DNA of 64,000 nt from Laetmonice hystrix. Taxonomy: Eukaryota. Below the pieces are notes generated by a model. That model worked only from the letters and a program-made list of their open reading frames with translations, searched no databases and had not been told where the DNA came from. A program made the position numbers and the translations under genes. Each line of letters starts with the position of its first letter. Position 1 is the first letter of the stretch. The stretch covers positions 10,664,001-10,728,000 of the forward strand of contig OZ249445.1 of the NCBI GenBank assembly GCA_965235115.1, given 5' to 3'. This document shows, in pieces, positions 15,201-26,699 of this stretch.

Positions 15201-16199
15201 TTCATCTGACTGTACCAGCAGTAGGTTAAAAAGACGAGACGAAAATTAAACAAAACCATTCAATAATACTACCCTGAAAATTCCATAGTTCAAACCCTGG
15301 AATTCTGTATTTCAAATAATGACAAGTAATACTACATGTCACACCATGGCAATTATCCCATTGCAACCAACATGGTGTCTCAGTAAACCTCACGCGACAC
15401 AAGCCACCCGTTTTAGACCTGTCTAACTATAGCCCAATCACAACCCCGCACCGATAATTACAGCCCAACCCCAGCCCCAGTCATTATATAGGCCGACGCT
15501 ACCTTTTAAAACACACTCAACAGACATATCTCTTTGATGGTAATACACAAAGGCAATACGTATTGTGACTAATCAAGATGGTGACGTACATGTCACCCCA
15601 AAATATCAAACAAGCCCTTGTTACTGCGAGAAACATGATAGCTATGCATCAGAATCCAGTCTCATACGGTCTCTCCATATTTTAAACTTTCAGAAAATAA
15701 AAACATATTGCAAGAAATTATCTTGTGCAGTTAATCAAGTTTAAGAGTGATAATAAGTGCACGGCGAAGATGACAGGAACCATAACACTGATCCTTCATT
15801 CTTAAAAAAATAAGAAAGATTCCTTTGTTTGGTGGTCTGTATTCATTTGAAAAAAACACCCCTACCTTCTTTTACGTCTGTCACTTGAGAAAGGAAAGCC
15901 AAGGAAATGTTACGACTTCTCGAATTTTATGAATCCCTTGAGACTGACATTTTACATCAAGCACACAAATAAGGAAATTCCCGTTACAAATTTCTTTTTA
16001 CACTCATTTTCAGTACCACAGGAACACATTATTTCTTGATGGAATGTCTGCAAAGTCATTTTGTTGAGACAAATAAATATTTTATCACATATTCTTTCCT
16101 CTGAAACTTTTAAAATTAAAAAATAAACATTTTATTTGGTTCCTGCTATCAGATGTTTTTGTTCAGACAAGGTAAGCATTCCTCTTTTAAAGACTGCCG

Positions 16200-19100
16200 T
16201 GCTGCACGTTGCCACTGACATTGTTTTCAGTGCTGATCTTAGTCTCCTCTCAATTTCCAATCCCTTTGTTTGTTTCCCCTCCTATATCTAGTTCGACTAT
16301 GTCAACAGTCACACATCATAGGAGCTGTCTTATGAGGTCGATCCAGGTCAGCCGTGTCCCTGGATACTCAATACATTATGTCCGACCATCTGAGTTCTCC
16401 TCTCCTTACGACCCTGAGTGACTACCACCGGGTACGACTACCTCTCTATCCTAATATCACCCCCTCCACGATACACAGGCGGTCCTGGCACCAACCACTG
16501 CTGACAACGCCGCCATTGATTACACATGGCGATGAGAAGTAAGAGACTGTTGCTGCCTGAGTTCAGGTTTCACCTGGACAAAAGATGCTGATGTAAGTCG
16601 GATCGGTACTATAGGTAGGAGAGCTCTGGGAACGCTCGAGCCCTGCCCACCTGACGGCTGGCGCAAACACCGACCAGGCACCACCTGGCGGCGCACGCTC
16701 GCACTACATGTGTCAGGGATAACGGGAGAAAGGTCGGCTCTGACGGCAACCGTCGTCAACTTACCAGGAATCTGACTCGTCGCCACAGATCCGTCTTCTA
16801 CCTTGGGCTTGATGTCCGGAAGGTCTACTGTAAAGGAAAATATCAAAAGGTTAAAGATATTGCTCCTTTATCATTTTAGCCTTCTGTATACTAATTGATC
16901 TTTATTATACCTTTTCTAAATCACGTTTCTGAATCTGCCAAAATACAGATACTCTGAGGTTCTGTGGTAACATATGCTTCGCAATAACGATCCAAGTCAT
17001 AAGCATTCCATTGTCAGGTGAATCACAAAAAGCTACCTCATACTTCTATTGAGGATTTAAAATAACTGAGTGATCTGCCTTCTTTGATTTATGAACTTCC
17101 CATTTTCTGGGGGACACTGCGTCAGCGACTTTTCGTTTTCTTCCAACACAAAAGTAGCAAACTGAAAATACCGATACTTTTTAAATCGGATAAGTGCCTA
17201 AAACAACCGCTATATGTTTTCAGGCCAAGCCGACATTTCTACTTACAGTGTTCCTTGCTGTCTCCATTGGTCTGGTCTTTCTTATCTAGATCTGCTGTTG
17301 TGGTATGATGTTCAGAGTTATCGGCAGGTTCCTCTTTGACAACGGCAGGTTCCGACTTGATACTGCCCCCGGCTGACCCCGGGGTTGCGTTGTCCTGCTG
17401 ATTGAGCATGGCGGTCGAGTCTCCGCCGCCAGCCTCGCCCCACTCACAACCCTCACCCCCCGCCACCAGCGGTGTACGCACACCGACTCCCAAATCTTCT
17501 TGCTCCAGGATCTGAGTAAACATAAAGACAGGCAACAATGTTTAAATCACGGAACAGGTGAACAGGAGGAATACAATAAAGTTTCCCATAAGATATTTGA
17601 CTTTGGGCGTCTCAGTCGGCTTCAAAATACTACCGTCTCTGTATTATTTGGGATTCTCAGGCAACACCGATTGGCCTCTTCATTTTGGTTTCACGGTCAA
17701 CATTACAAAACTGAATAGTTATTCTTGACGAACCATTCGATATTTTAGTCGTTCATAAATTTGCGCTATGGCTTCTGAAACGGTCAGAAAAAACTAGAGG
17801 TACTTCTTAGTGATACAATATTTGAGCTATAATGAGTTCCATTCCTCTTCAATTAGTATAATAAAACAAAGAATAAAAGTTTGACACTTTCTAAGGTTAC
17901 AAATTGCCACTGTTGTCCCTCAAAAATGCATAAGGAGTTGCCACATAAAAATGAAACCACTGTATTCTAATTACCTCTAATTTGTGCCACACAAATAAGT
18001 ATGGATCTTCATCGAAGTCGTAGTGAAGCCGTGTGAGCTGTGTGAGACGGCGGCCCTAACGACTGGAATCTTCAGGTCCCACTCGCTGCTCTCTATCCTC
18101 TCTCAGGTCGTGTCATCAACTCTGTTAACATAGAGAACAAGGCTACATGAGATACACAACATCTCGTCTGGTTGTAAACAACAGGACCTTGTGGTAAACC
18201 ACCGAGTGACACGTCCAATGACATCCTCCTCCCTCCAGTTATAGCTTCCTTCCTGTGGCCCGTCCTAGCACGCTGCCCACTCATCCCTGTCTTCATCATC
18301 CTCGCTGATACATCTCTTCCCACGTATCCATCCGTCCACGTTTGGTCACCTCCTTCAACAGACTTGCGTCAGCATACAGTGCGCCGCTATTTACATATGG
18401 CCAGGTACACATACCAAGAAAATGGTACGGAAACAGCGCCTCATCTTCCAAGCTGGCTGTCTTCACAACGGTTAGTGGTACTTGGAATATGAACCCACCT
18501 TGTATCCGCCCAATTAGAGGGACATGAAGAATATAATATTTATAATGTACCGAAAAAAATACAACTAACACTTCAAATCGCACCCAAAACCTGGGGAAAA
18601 CAAATTCTTGCTTCTACTAATTCGGCCCAAATGACAGAGTGTAAAATAACAGCCAGTACCATAGTTAGTGATCCATGCCTGGCTTTGTTTAACATTCCGA
18701 AATTTTGATTCCTAGTTTCTTATTTGCGGTTTGCTAATATATTCATCCGCATAGGGAAATTGTCAGTACTTTTTTTATGACAATGATTTGAGCTGAAAAG
18801 GTCTCAACCCATCATCTTTTACAACTCCTTCCTGGTACAAAAGCCCAGGAAAAGGTCAGTTTTACCAGATAGAAGAATACTTTACGGCTCACAAAATCTT
18901 AGTGACAATCTCAGTAACATAGGCTCCCACTGCTGATAGCTACACCAGTGTGGGATGTCTATTTGCTGATAGCTACGGCAGTGTTGGAAGTCTATTACAA
19001 TGCCCTTTAAATCATTTGCCAAGTGGGCTTCCCAACTTCCTCTGAGAACATTAGGAGGAGCGTGGGTGACCGTAAAAGATGACACCCGAGTTTTCCCGGA

Positions 19101-19451
19101 CCGTGTGGACGCGGAGATTGATTGGCGTTCCTGGTCGGGCAGCCCGGCGAGATTTTATGGTCACCTGGAGACCGGTGGAGGGCCATCAATCTCACGGAAT
19201 ATTACAAGACACGCCATCAATAAGACCTCCTTTATCATGGTAACACAAGACAAGGACATCAAAATAAAGTGCTGCTTCTTCACAACGCTGCTGGTGCATC
19301 TTGAGCTGACATATGTTCACCACTGTGCTGACCACCTTGTAATAGCCCGGATGGAGTGCTGTGGTGGAGCCAGACTCCACTGTTCCGGTATAGTCAACCG
19401 ACCCATCCAATCTGTACATGGTGTGTCCATGCCTCTCCTGGCCTTGTGTAG
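16200..19451 (-). pseudogene. Decayed spliced gene remnant A (unknown protein; acidic/low-complexity exon with PsiKxE-like motifs IKSE, VKEE)
   Basis: Acceptor tttgtcag|19451. Donor GAG|gtaatt at 17975 joins acceptor tttactcag|17511 in phase 0. The exon 17511-17247 is fully open (265 nt). Donor T|gtaagt joins acceptor cctttacag|16827 in phase 1, and the frame stays open to 16520. Introns (463 and 419 nt) are AT-rich. The other exons carry stops and frameshifts. Confidence 0.6.
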
Positions 19452-20599
19452 CTGACAAACACAACATAAACGTGTCTTAACAATACATGACCCATTACGG
19501 AGTTAATACATGAGCTTAATTCCTGTGGAAAAATCAATATCTCTTTGGACGAGTCTTTCCTTCTTCAGAAGTACATTTACCATAGATGCTACCGATTTCT
19601 TCAAAGAGAAAGTTCTGCGGTCAAAGTTGCATAAAATTTGTTATGACCTATATAAGGTGAGTGTCTTCTTTAAAAAATATCCAATTCATGTATCGTTACC
19701 GACAGGCTGCCATCTTCAGGCCGATAAGGAAACAGCTGCAGTTATAACAGCTGTTACGCCGGGGGGGGGGGGGGGGATTCTAACTTTAATACCTAGTGCT
19801 TTTTGAAAGTGGCTCCTGAAGTGCAAATCATTTCGTAGGTTTACTTCGTTAAATACAAGGAACCCGCCTCCTATTGCTGCTCAATGTTTCTAACCGGTAG
19901 GGGAACATTTGTTTTTAACCGGGTGACAAATATGACACGCAGTATCTAGATAAATCTTCACTTGGAACAGCGTATTAACTCTGACAAATATGATTTTGTC
20001 GAAGAGAAACACGCTTGCACCTTTTATTTTAACTTACGATACCAGCAGGCTGAACCTAACAGTCCTATGAATAAAAATCATATTGAGTCCTTAAAGAAAC
20101 GACAAACAAAAGCAATTCAAAGTGTAGCTGAACCTTACAATGACCCTAGTTTGATCCATATTCTCAGGCTGACAATACGTTTCTATGCATGAGCCAGTCT
20201 AGATCCTTGCTCTGTGGACTGTTGACTGGCTGCTATGACACGAGCTACGGCTATGACACCAGCTTCCCCTAGCTGGCGGCCAGTTTGGTGCTTCTTGCTT
20301 GGGATCTATTGATTAGTTTGTCTAACACAGATCCAATCTTGGCCTGGGCCTGCAGTGCAATATCCTTGCTCGAGGCCCACATGGACGATGTGCCTGCCGG
20401 TGCCAGCCAACCCTAACCTGCCGCTAATGGCCTGTCTAGAGCAGAACGGCGGTAGCGGCGGCGAGCGGGAGATCGGCAGAATCTCAAACTCGACTCGAAC
20501 CAAACAGGTCAGCCCTTCCCTGCCTGCAGTCACTACGAATACAAGTGAAGAGTATACCAAGGAGGATGGTACGATATTCTAAAGTCATTATACTGGAAA

Positions 20600-23130
20600 A
20601 GGAGACGTCCTTTTACCTGTGCTTGAACGTTGACGTTTTCTGAACCTGTTTTTGCGAATCTCAGACTATATAGTACTTGATTAATCAGGTTTAGCTTGTA
20701 AAAAAAACCCGTCTCCCTCTATTTTACTTCTAACTTGATAGGAATCGCATGAAGAATAACGCTTCATCAGAAATGCTACTGTCAGACCCACTCACAGTGT
20801 GGGCAAGCTATCAGTCATCGTGTCAGTAGCTCCCCTTGCAGATCGGCCCATCAGCAACATTACCTTGGAAACTATCAGGAATATTAATATAGCCGGCCAT
20901 CCAGCGGTGAAACTAAATTAACAAGCTGGCCGTTAGCAATCAGCTCTTGAAAAGTATTTCCGCGGCTCATCCAATCAGGGGTGTCTGCTGCCTTCAGCTT
21001 CCTGTTGGACCAGTGGCGCAAAAACGTTGGTCAGGTGTTTGATGTGCTACACTAGTACAAGGTGTCACTCCGGCAGTGCCAGCCACAGCATTAACTTGAT
21101 TAGGTACAATAGACGCTTGCCAAATGGCCATGATCTCTACTTGGATGCTTTCCTTCCCGATACTCTACGTACAGGTATTTATTCTGGTCTACCGTTCCTA
21201 TGTGTCCTTGTTCTCCAAAAACATTCACATACGAAGTACAGCAGTGGGATCCAAATCTACTGTGGATAATTAAATATTTTCCTATGGCAAATGGACAAAT
21301 AAAATATTTGCGTAATAATTGGCTTTAACACTGAATTTAGTATCTTTAATCAATATAGGTGGGCAGGTTGGAAATTGCTTCTACTACGTCCTGTCCTCAT
21401 CTATTCTTGGCATTTTAATTTAGGTGAATGTAAACTCTTAATTATACAGTACTTTAAATGCTAGGGAACTTTTCAAATCTTAATAAAATTGCAGCCTTTG
21501 CCTTTGTTTTGGTTCTAACAGCCGGTTTTACTTTCCACAATATAACAATCCCGTCTTTGGTAAACACCTCAAAGGTGTGTCTAGGCTCCAAACTGTACCT
21601 CCTCAGTAAATGATACGAGACAAGATTGGTTCCAAGAAAAACCCCTGGTGTCTTTTACCAGAACTACAATTCAACTCCGATTTAACCAAGCGTGGCACAA
21701 TCTTCCTGCGGTGACTAAACACATTCGACATGATCCCATCTTCCCAATGGCCACACATGTAAGCTGCTAAACACGAACCCAAGCCACGTAATGCAGAGAA
21801 CTGACTCAGTCCATATATTATTAAATCAGATCTTCAGTTGGGTCTAAAGACGATCTTGTCAGATTCCTATTTGCTGTCATGTTTAACAGGGCACAATATT
21901 TCGACTGACTTTGCGTTTTTCTTATATTCCTACCTTGAAAATGGCCTGTAATCAAGCCACAGGCTTTAAATTACATAAAATACTTTCGTCTTTCACCTCA
22001 TAGAGACACAAAACATGGTCCCACATGACAATTATTGTCATTTGAACGCTATTTGTTTGGTCTACCATCTGTGACACCCACATAATACACATGTTACCTC
22101 ATGAGAAGTGGCCAAGACACTCATGAAAAGCTATCATCATTTTTTCAGGAGTATGTTTCAGCCTGTCTACTTTGGATTCTACTCGTCTGTTGTAACGACA
22201 TCAGTCCCCAAATCAGGACGGAAAGACTTTCATTACATGGGGCTCACACAACAATATCTTACTAGAACATTTTCGTATCGGAGCTTCTTACCAACACGTC
22301 AAGAAAGAATGTTTTAAGTTTCTTTTTGCTCAGAAGTAGCAGTAATTTCTGCAAAAGGTAACGAATTTTCCTGTGAAAACAATGAAATATTCAAAATTTC
22401 TTAAATCTTAACTTGAGAAAAAGAAATGGTAATTCATCCCAAATGCCAACACCCGTTTTTATACAGGCTCAACCGTCACATTAACTCGTCTGACAATGAC
22501 CTAGTTGTCCTTACACAAGACGAGAGTTACTCCCACCCTGGCCCTCCAGCAACTCAAGAGGTCGTGATACCTGATAACCATTGGTAACAATGGCTGTAAT
22601 CTTCCGTCGTGCTGCTCGCAACCACAACGCCTGGTATCTAGTGCTAAACCCTCGATAGCTTCCCTTGTCACGACACACGCTGGTACGTACCCTCTCCACC
22701 AGGTGTCTCTCATTGTCACATCCCCCATACCAGTTGACTTTGTCAACGCTAATAGCAACTGGGGTGGCACGACTTCCTTCATACCTGCGTCTCCTCCAGC
22801 TGACGCCCATTAATTAGCCAGGCGCACTGATCTGTCACCTTCCTGCCTCTCGACATGGCAAGTCATGTTTTTATGGTAGCTGATGCTGTGCCCTGGCTCC
22901 CATTCATCCACAATCCTGAGCAGGCAGTTTGGGTAGAAGCTCATTATCTCAGGTTCACTTACAATGGTAAATGATTGAAGGATTCAGGGCCAGGAGAGCG
23001 GCCATTCTAACCAAGTGAATATCATGGTGACAATCATGACTGCAGCCCCGAGGTAACCATGGCAACCATATCTCGTCTTACATATGCATCTACAGGGAGC
23101 CACTCCATGACCATGTGATTGAACGGTGTA
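20600..23130 (-). pseudogene. Decayed spliced gene remnant B (unknown protein)
   Basis: Long frame ~23130-22470 (EWLPVDAYVRRD...RDTWWRGYVPAC..., 3-4 stops). Acceptor ttttcacag|22370. Donor AA|gtaaaa at 21532 joins acceptor ttatccacag|21259 in phase 2 and continues LLYCGNRFGSHCCTSYVNVFGEQGH...LRHWSNRKLK. Confidence 0.55.
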
Positions 23131-24593
23131 CCCCGTTTAAAAAACAATTAACAAATAGGAAAGGCAGATAAAACTTTAAATAAGACTTATTTCTAACTTA
23201 GCTAGACGGTTTTAAGACATGTCACACACATAATCAAGGTGGACTACCGGTAGTTTTTGTGCCGAGTTCACTTAACCTTTTAACTGCAGATTTAGCCCTC
23301 CGAATATATAGCTTTGAGAATGTCACCACTGTTCCCACGGATTATACGCCGACAATACATCTATATATGTACTGCCATCAAGCCTTTGGTTTATTTCTGG
23401 TATATATATCCTGATATCTGGCATATCCTGATCTGACCTCCGTGTCTTATGTTACAACTATTACTTGCATTGATTTACTCACACACTGTCACATACATGT
23501 ACGACTTCCAGACGAAAATAGGACGTGTATGGGTGTTATTTTGGATAAGCTTGGAAAAAGCCTGAGACACCGTCACCGGTGATTAGTTTGAGCCGGACGC
23601 ATGTTATTGAGACAGAAGGAGACCGTGTTGCTATGCCGCATACAAACCAATCATGCCTCATCATCCAATCATGCTGTCACCTATAGTCCCGCTTAAAACA
23701 AAGCCCATATCCGGCGACAACCCATCACTAATGGTGAACATCTCCTTTCTCCGATTGTTGTCACACCTACAAAGCTCCCAGCTCCAGTCGGCCCATTTTC
23801 TGATGTGTCTCTCAATCAATATTTTATGCAGGCTGTCCATATTTATTGAATCTTCTTTGATTTCTGTAACTCCTGTGCTTCCAAATCGCTGACACAAATC
23901 TTGGGAAACGCATTATGTCGTTTATGAAAGCACCATGACTCACTGAAAGACTAGAAATTAATGCTGGAAGGCCTTCCTAAAACCATTTTCAGTTCCCTGC
24001 GACGTGCAGAAATATGCCACGTACTCGATGCCTTGATAATTATATAAATTTATGTCCGTGTCAGCACTACCGGGTTCGGGTTTGTGGTAAGATTCCCAAA
24101 CAGTACTTAGCCTGGACTCGGGCCAACGCTACACATCTCAAGTTATAGCAGTGTCTGTAGATAAGTCCATCTATGCATGACTACTTGAGGAATCTTGTAT
24201 TGCTGTTAATGAAACCGCAGAGAAAATGCTAGCAGCTCCTATTGTTGGGCAAAATTGAAACTTACCGCAACTACTTAGCAATGATTGTCTGTGCCACTGT
24301 GACATATGAGTCTCCAAATGTGATTATACTAAACAGCTATTCAAGCCTATTTTTCATGCCAGGCCTTCTTGTTCACACTAACAAGCGTTGTGTCTCACAT
24401 GATCAGAATTGCCAACTTGATTAACTCTAAGCGTTGGCGTATTGACATTTCTTGGCCCTCGCCGCAATGCGGGGTGACTTGCCTTTGGCTACAATGTTTC
24501 CCTGTGTGCGTTCCTTTACAAGACTAATATTCACGCGGGATAATTCCACGTGATGAGAAAGGGAAAGATTGGAGTAACGCCGATTTCCGCTTG

Positions 24594-24876
24594 NNNNNNN
24601 NNNNNNNNNNNNNNNNNNNNNNNNNNNNNNNNNNNNNNNNNNNNNNNNNNNNNNNNNNNNNNNNNNNNNNNNNNNNNNNNNNNNNNNNNNNNNNNNNNNN
24701 NNNNNNNNNNNNNNNNNNNNNNNNNNNNNNNNNNNNNNNNNNNNNNNNNNNNNNNNNNNNNNNNNNNNNNNNNNNNNNNNNNNNNNNNNNNNNNNNNNNN
24801 NNNNNNNNNNNNNNNNNNNNNNNNNNNNNNNNNNNNNNNNNNNNNNNNNNNNNNNNNNNNNNNNNNNNNNNNNNNN
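24594..24876. other. Assembly gap (283 N)
   Basis: Run of n characters. Confidence 1.
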
Positions 24877-25639
24877 GCCCACAAACCTCAGTCACACCAC
24901 ACACTCACAGTCACACACACCTGCACTGCCAAACCATGACTCTCCATGGAATCACCTCCCATATCAGCTTTCAATACAAATTGTCTCTTGTTTGCCACAG
25001 CCAGCCCTGTTGCCGGTCTTTGCGCAGACCGTGCCTTTGGTCTCCCAGACAATCCCACACCGGCTTTTCGAAGTGGCGGCTGGTGCACAGTATGGCCCCG
25101 ATATCGACGATACTACGAGGGACCCATTACGCATGGGGCGCATTAGGACAGCCGCAGGATGACAATACTGTCTTTGAGCTGCACTCTTCTCAATATTATT
25201 GAACTCCATATGCCCATTTCTTTATGTCTATGCCCATCGCCACTGCTCCATTCCTCAGTTTTCTGTTGCTTAGCAACCAATTTGATCTAAGTTGTCCTTG
25301 TATGCAAGTTATGACCCTGTCACTGATGTCTAAGTGTCAGTGATATTTTCATTTTGAAACAAGGTCAGCTTTCGGATTCTTGCATTCTGTACCGGTCAAG
25401 TTTCTGTAAATCAAGATCGGTACCTAGTTTTCATGCTAATCTAACTCGATACGAAATGCAACAGATCTATCAGAATATACCGCATATTGACATCTACAAA
25501 CTACAAAGAAAAGTTGCTCTCTCAAGTCTTAAATGTCTTCGCCTTTTCCATCCCCAAAAGAATATACTCGTACCTGAATGAGCAGTAAACCGACAAGAAA
25601 AGGTGTGTCCCGTGTCCTGAATTATAAGCCCATTTACAT

Positions 25640-26180
25640 AGACTACTTACTACCCTTTCAACGTACTAGGCAGCGTCTGCCAGGACCGGTCCATACGTGC
25701 TTTGTTGGTCTTATGCTTACTTAATAATAAGAGTAGTGTGCATACCTCCGAATGACACACCACTTCTTGCATACTCCCACGTACCGGTATTACAGATTCC
25801 CCTATCCGTTACATCACTATCAGCAACACCACCGCCTCAGGCCTCGCCATGGTAAGTGGCTCACGGAGAACCAATACAAGCAACTGTGCACAGCACCATC
25901 ATCACATCACCATATCTGGCCATACCGACGAGAGAAGAACCTGCCATTGTGAATCAATCATCCATTGATGGAGATCTCTAGTGCCGCCAAGAAGCCACAC
26001 TCTAGCAGTCCAAGGCAGCGACTCCAGCCAGTCCTGTCACTGCCGGCGACTTCTGCCTCCAGGTGGGCCCTCACTGTTGCATGCATGAACATGGACGAAT
26101 ATGGAAAAGAAAATCAGTCTAATGTACGAGCAACACTGCTGTTGTTTACACATCATTGACAGGAAGTCCACGCCCCTCTC
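25640..26180 (-). pseudogene. Decayed exon-like frame of unknown function
   Basis: Acceptor-like ttttttaaacag|26180, then ERGVDFLSMMCKQ...QDWLESLPWTARVWLLGGTRDLHQW... with ~4 stops in ~170 codons. Confidence 0.35.
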
Positions 26181-26200
26181 CTGTTTAAAAAATATCTTAA

Positions 26201-26663
26201 CACTGCCAAGCTAGCATCACCTATACCACTGCCAAGCTAGCATCACCTATACCACTGCCAAGCTAGCATCACCTATACCACTGCCAAGCTAGCATCACCT
26301 ATACCACTGCCAAGCTAGCATCACCTATACCACTGCCAAGGTAGCATCACCTATACCACTGCCAAGCTAGCATTACCTATGCCACTGCCAGGCTAGCATC
26401 ACCTATGCCACTGCCAGGCTAGCATCACCTATGCCACTGCCAGGCTAGCATCACCTATACCACTGCCAGGCTAGCATCACCTATACCACTGCCAGGCTAG
26501 CATCACCTATACCACTGCCAGGCTAGCATCACCTATACCACTGCCAAGCTAGCATCACCTATGCCACTGCCAGGCTAGCATCACCTATGCCACTGCCAGG
26601 CCAGCATCACCTATGCCACTGCCAGGCTAGCATCACCTATGCCACTGCCAGGCTTGCATCACC
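26201..26663. repeat. 26-bp minisatellite, 18 copies (last partial), consensus CACTGCCA(A/G)GCTAGCATCACCTAT(A/G)C
   Basis: Units start every 26 nt from 26201 to 26643, head-to-tail with no spacers. Confidence 0.97.
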
Positions 26664-26699
26664 CAAACCACACCCTCTATAGGTACAGTTTAAAAGAGA

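Noticed and set aside
25060-25170. THAP-like zinc finger (CGC...W...LCTSRHF)
   Set aside because: Spacing does not fit the CxxxC...W...CxxHF...AVP pattern and no transposase follows.
24427-25202. Long ORFs in the ORF track spanning 24.4-25.2 kb
   Set aside because: Artefacts of translating through the 283-N gap.
25835-25865. RPRHGK resembling the herpes terminase Walker A (PRRHGKT)
   Set aside because: Wrong spacing, no T, and on the strand opposite the locally coding-like frame.
26201-26663. CRISPR-like array
   Set aside because: Units are contiguous with no unique spacers, in a eukaryotic context with no cas genes; it is a minisatellite.
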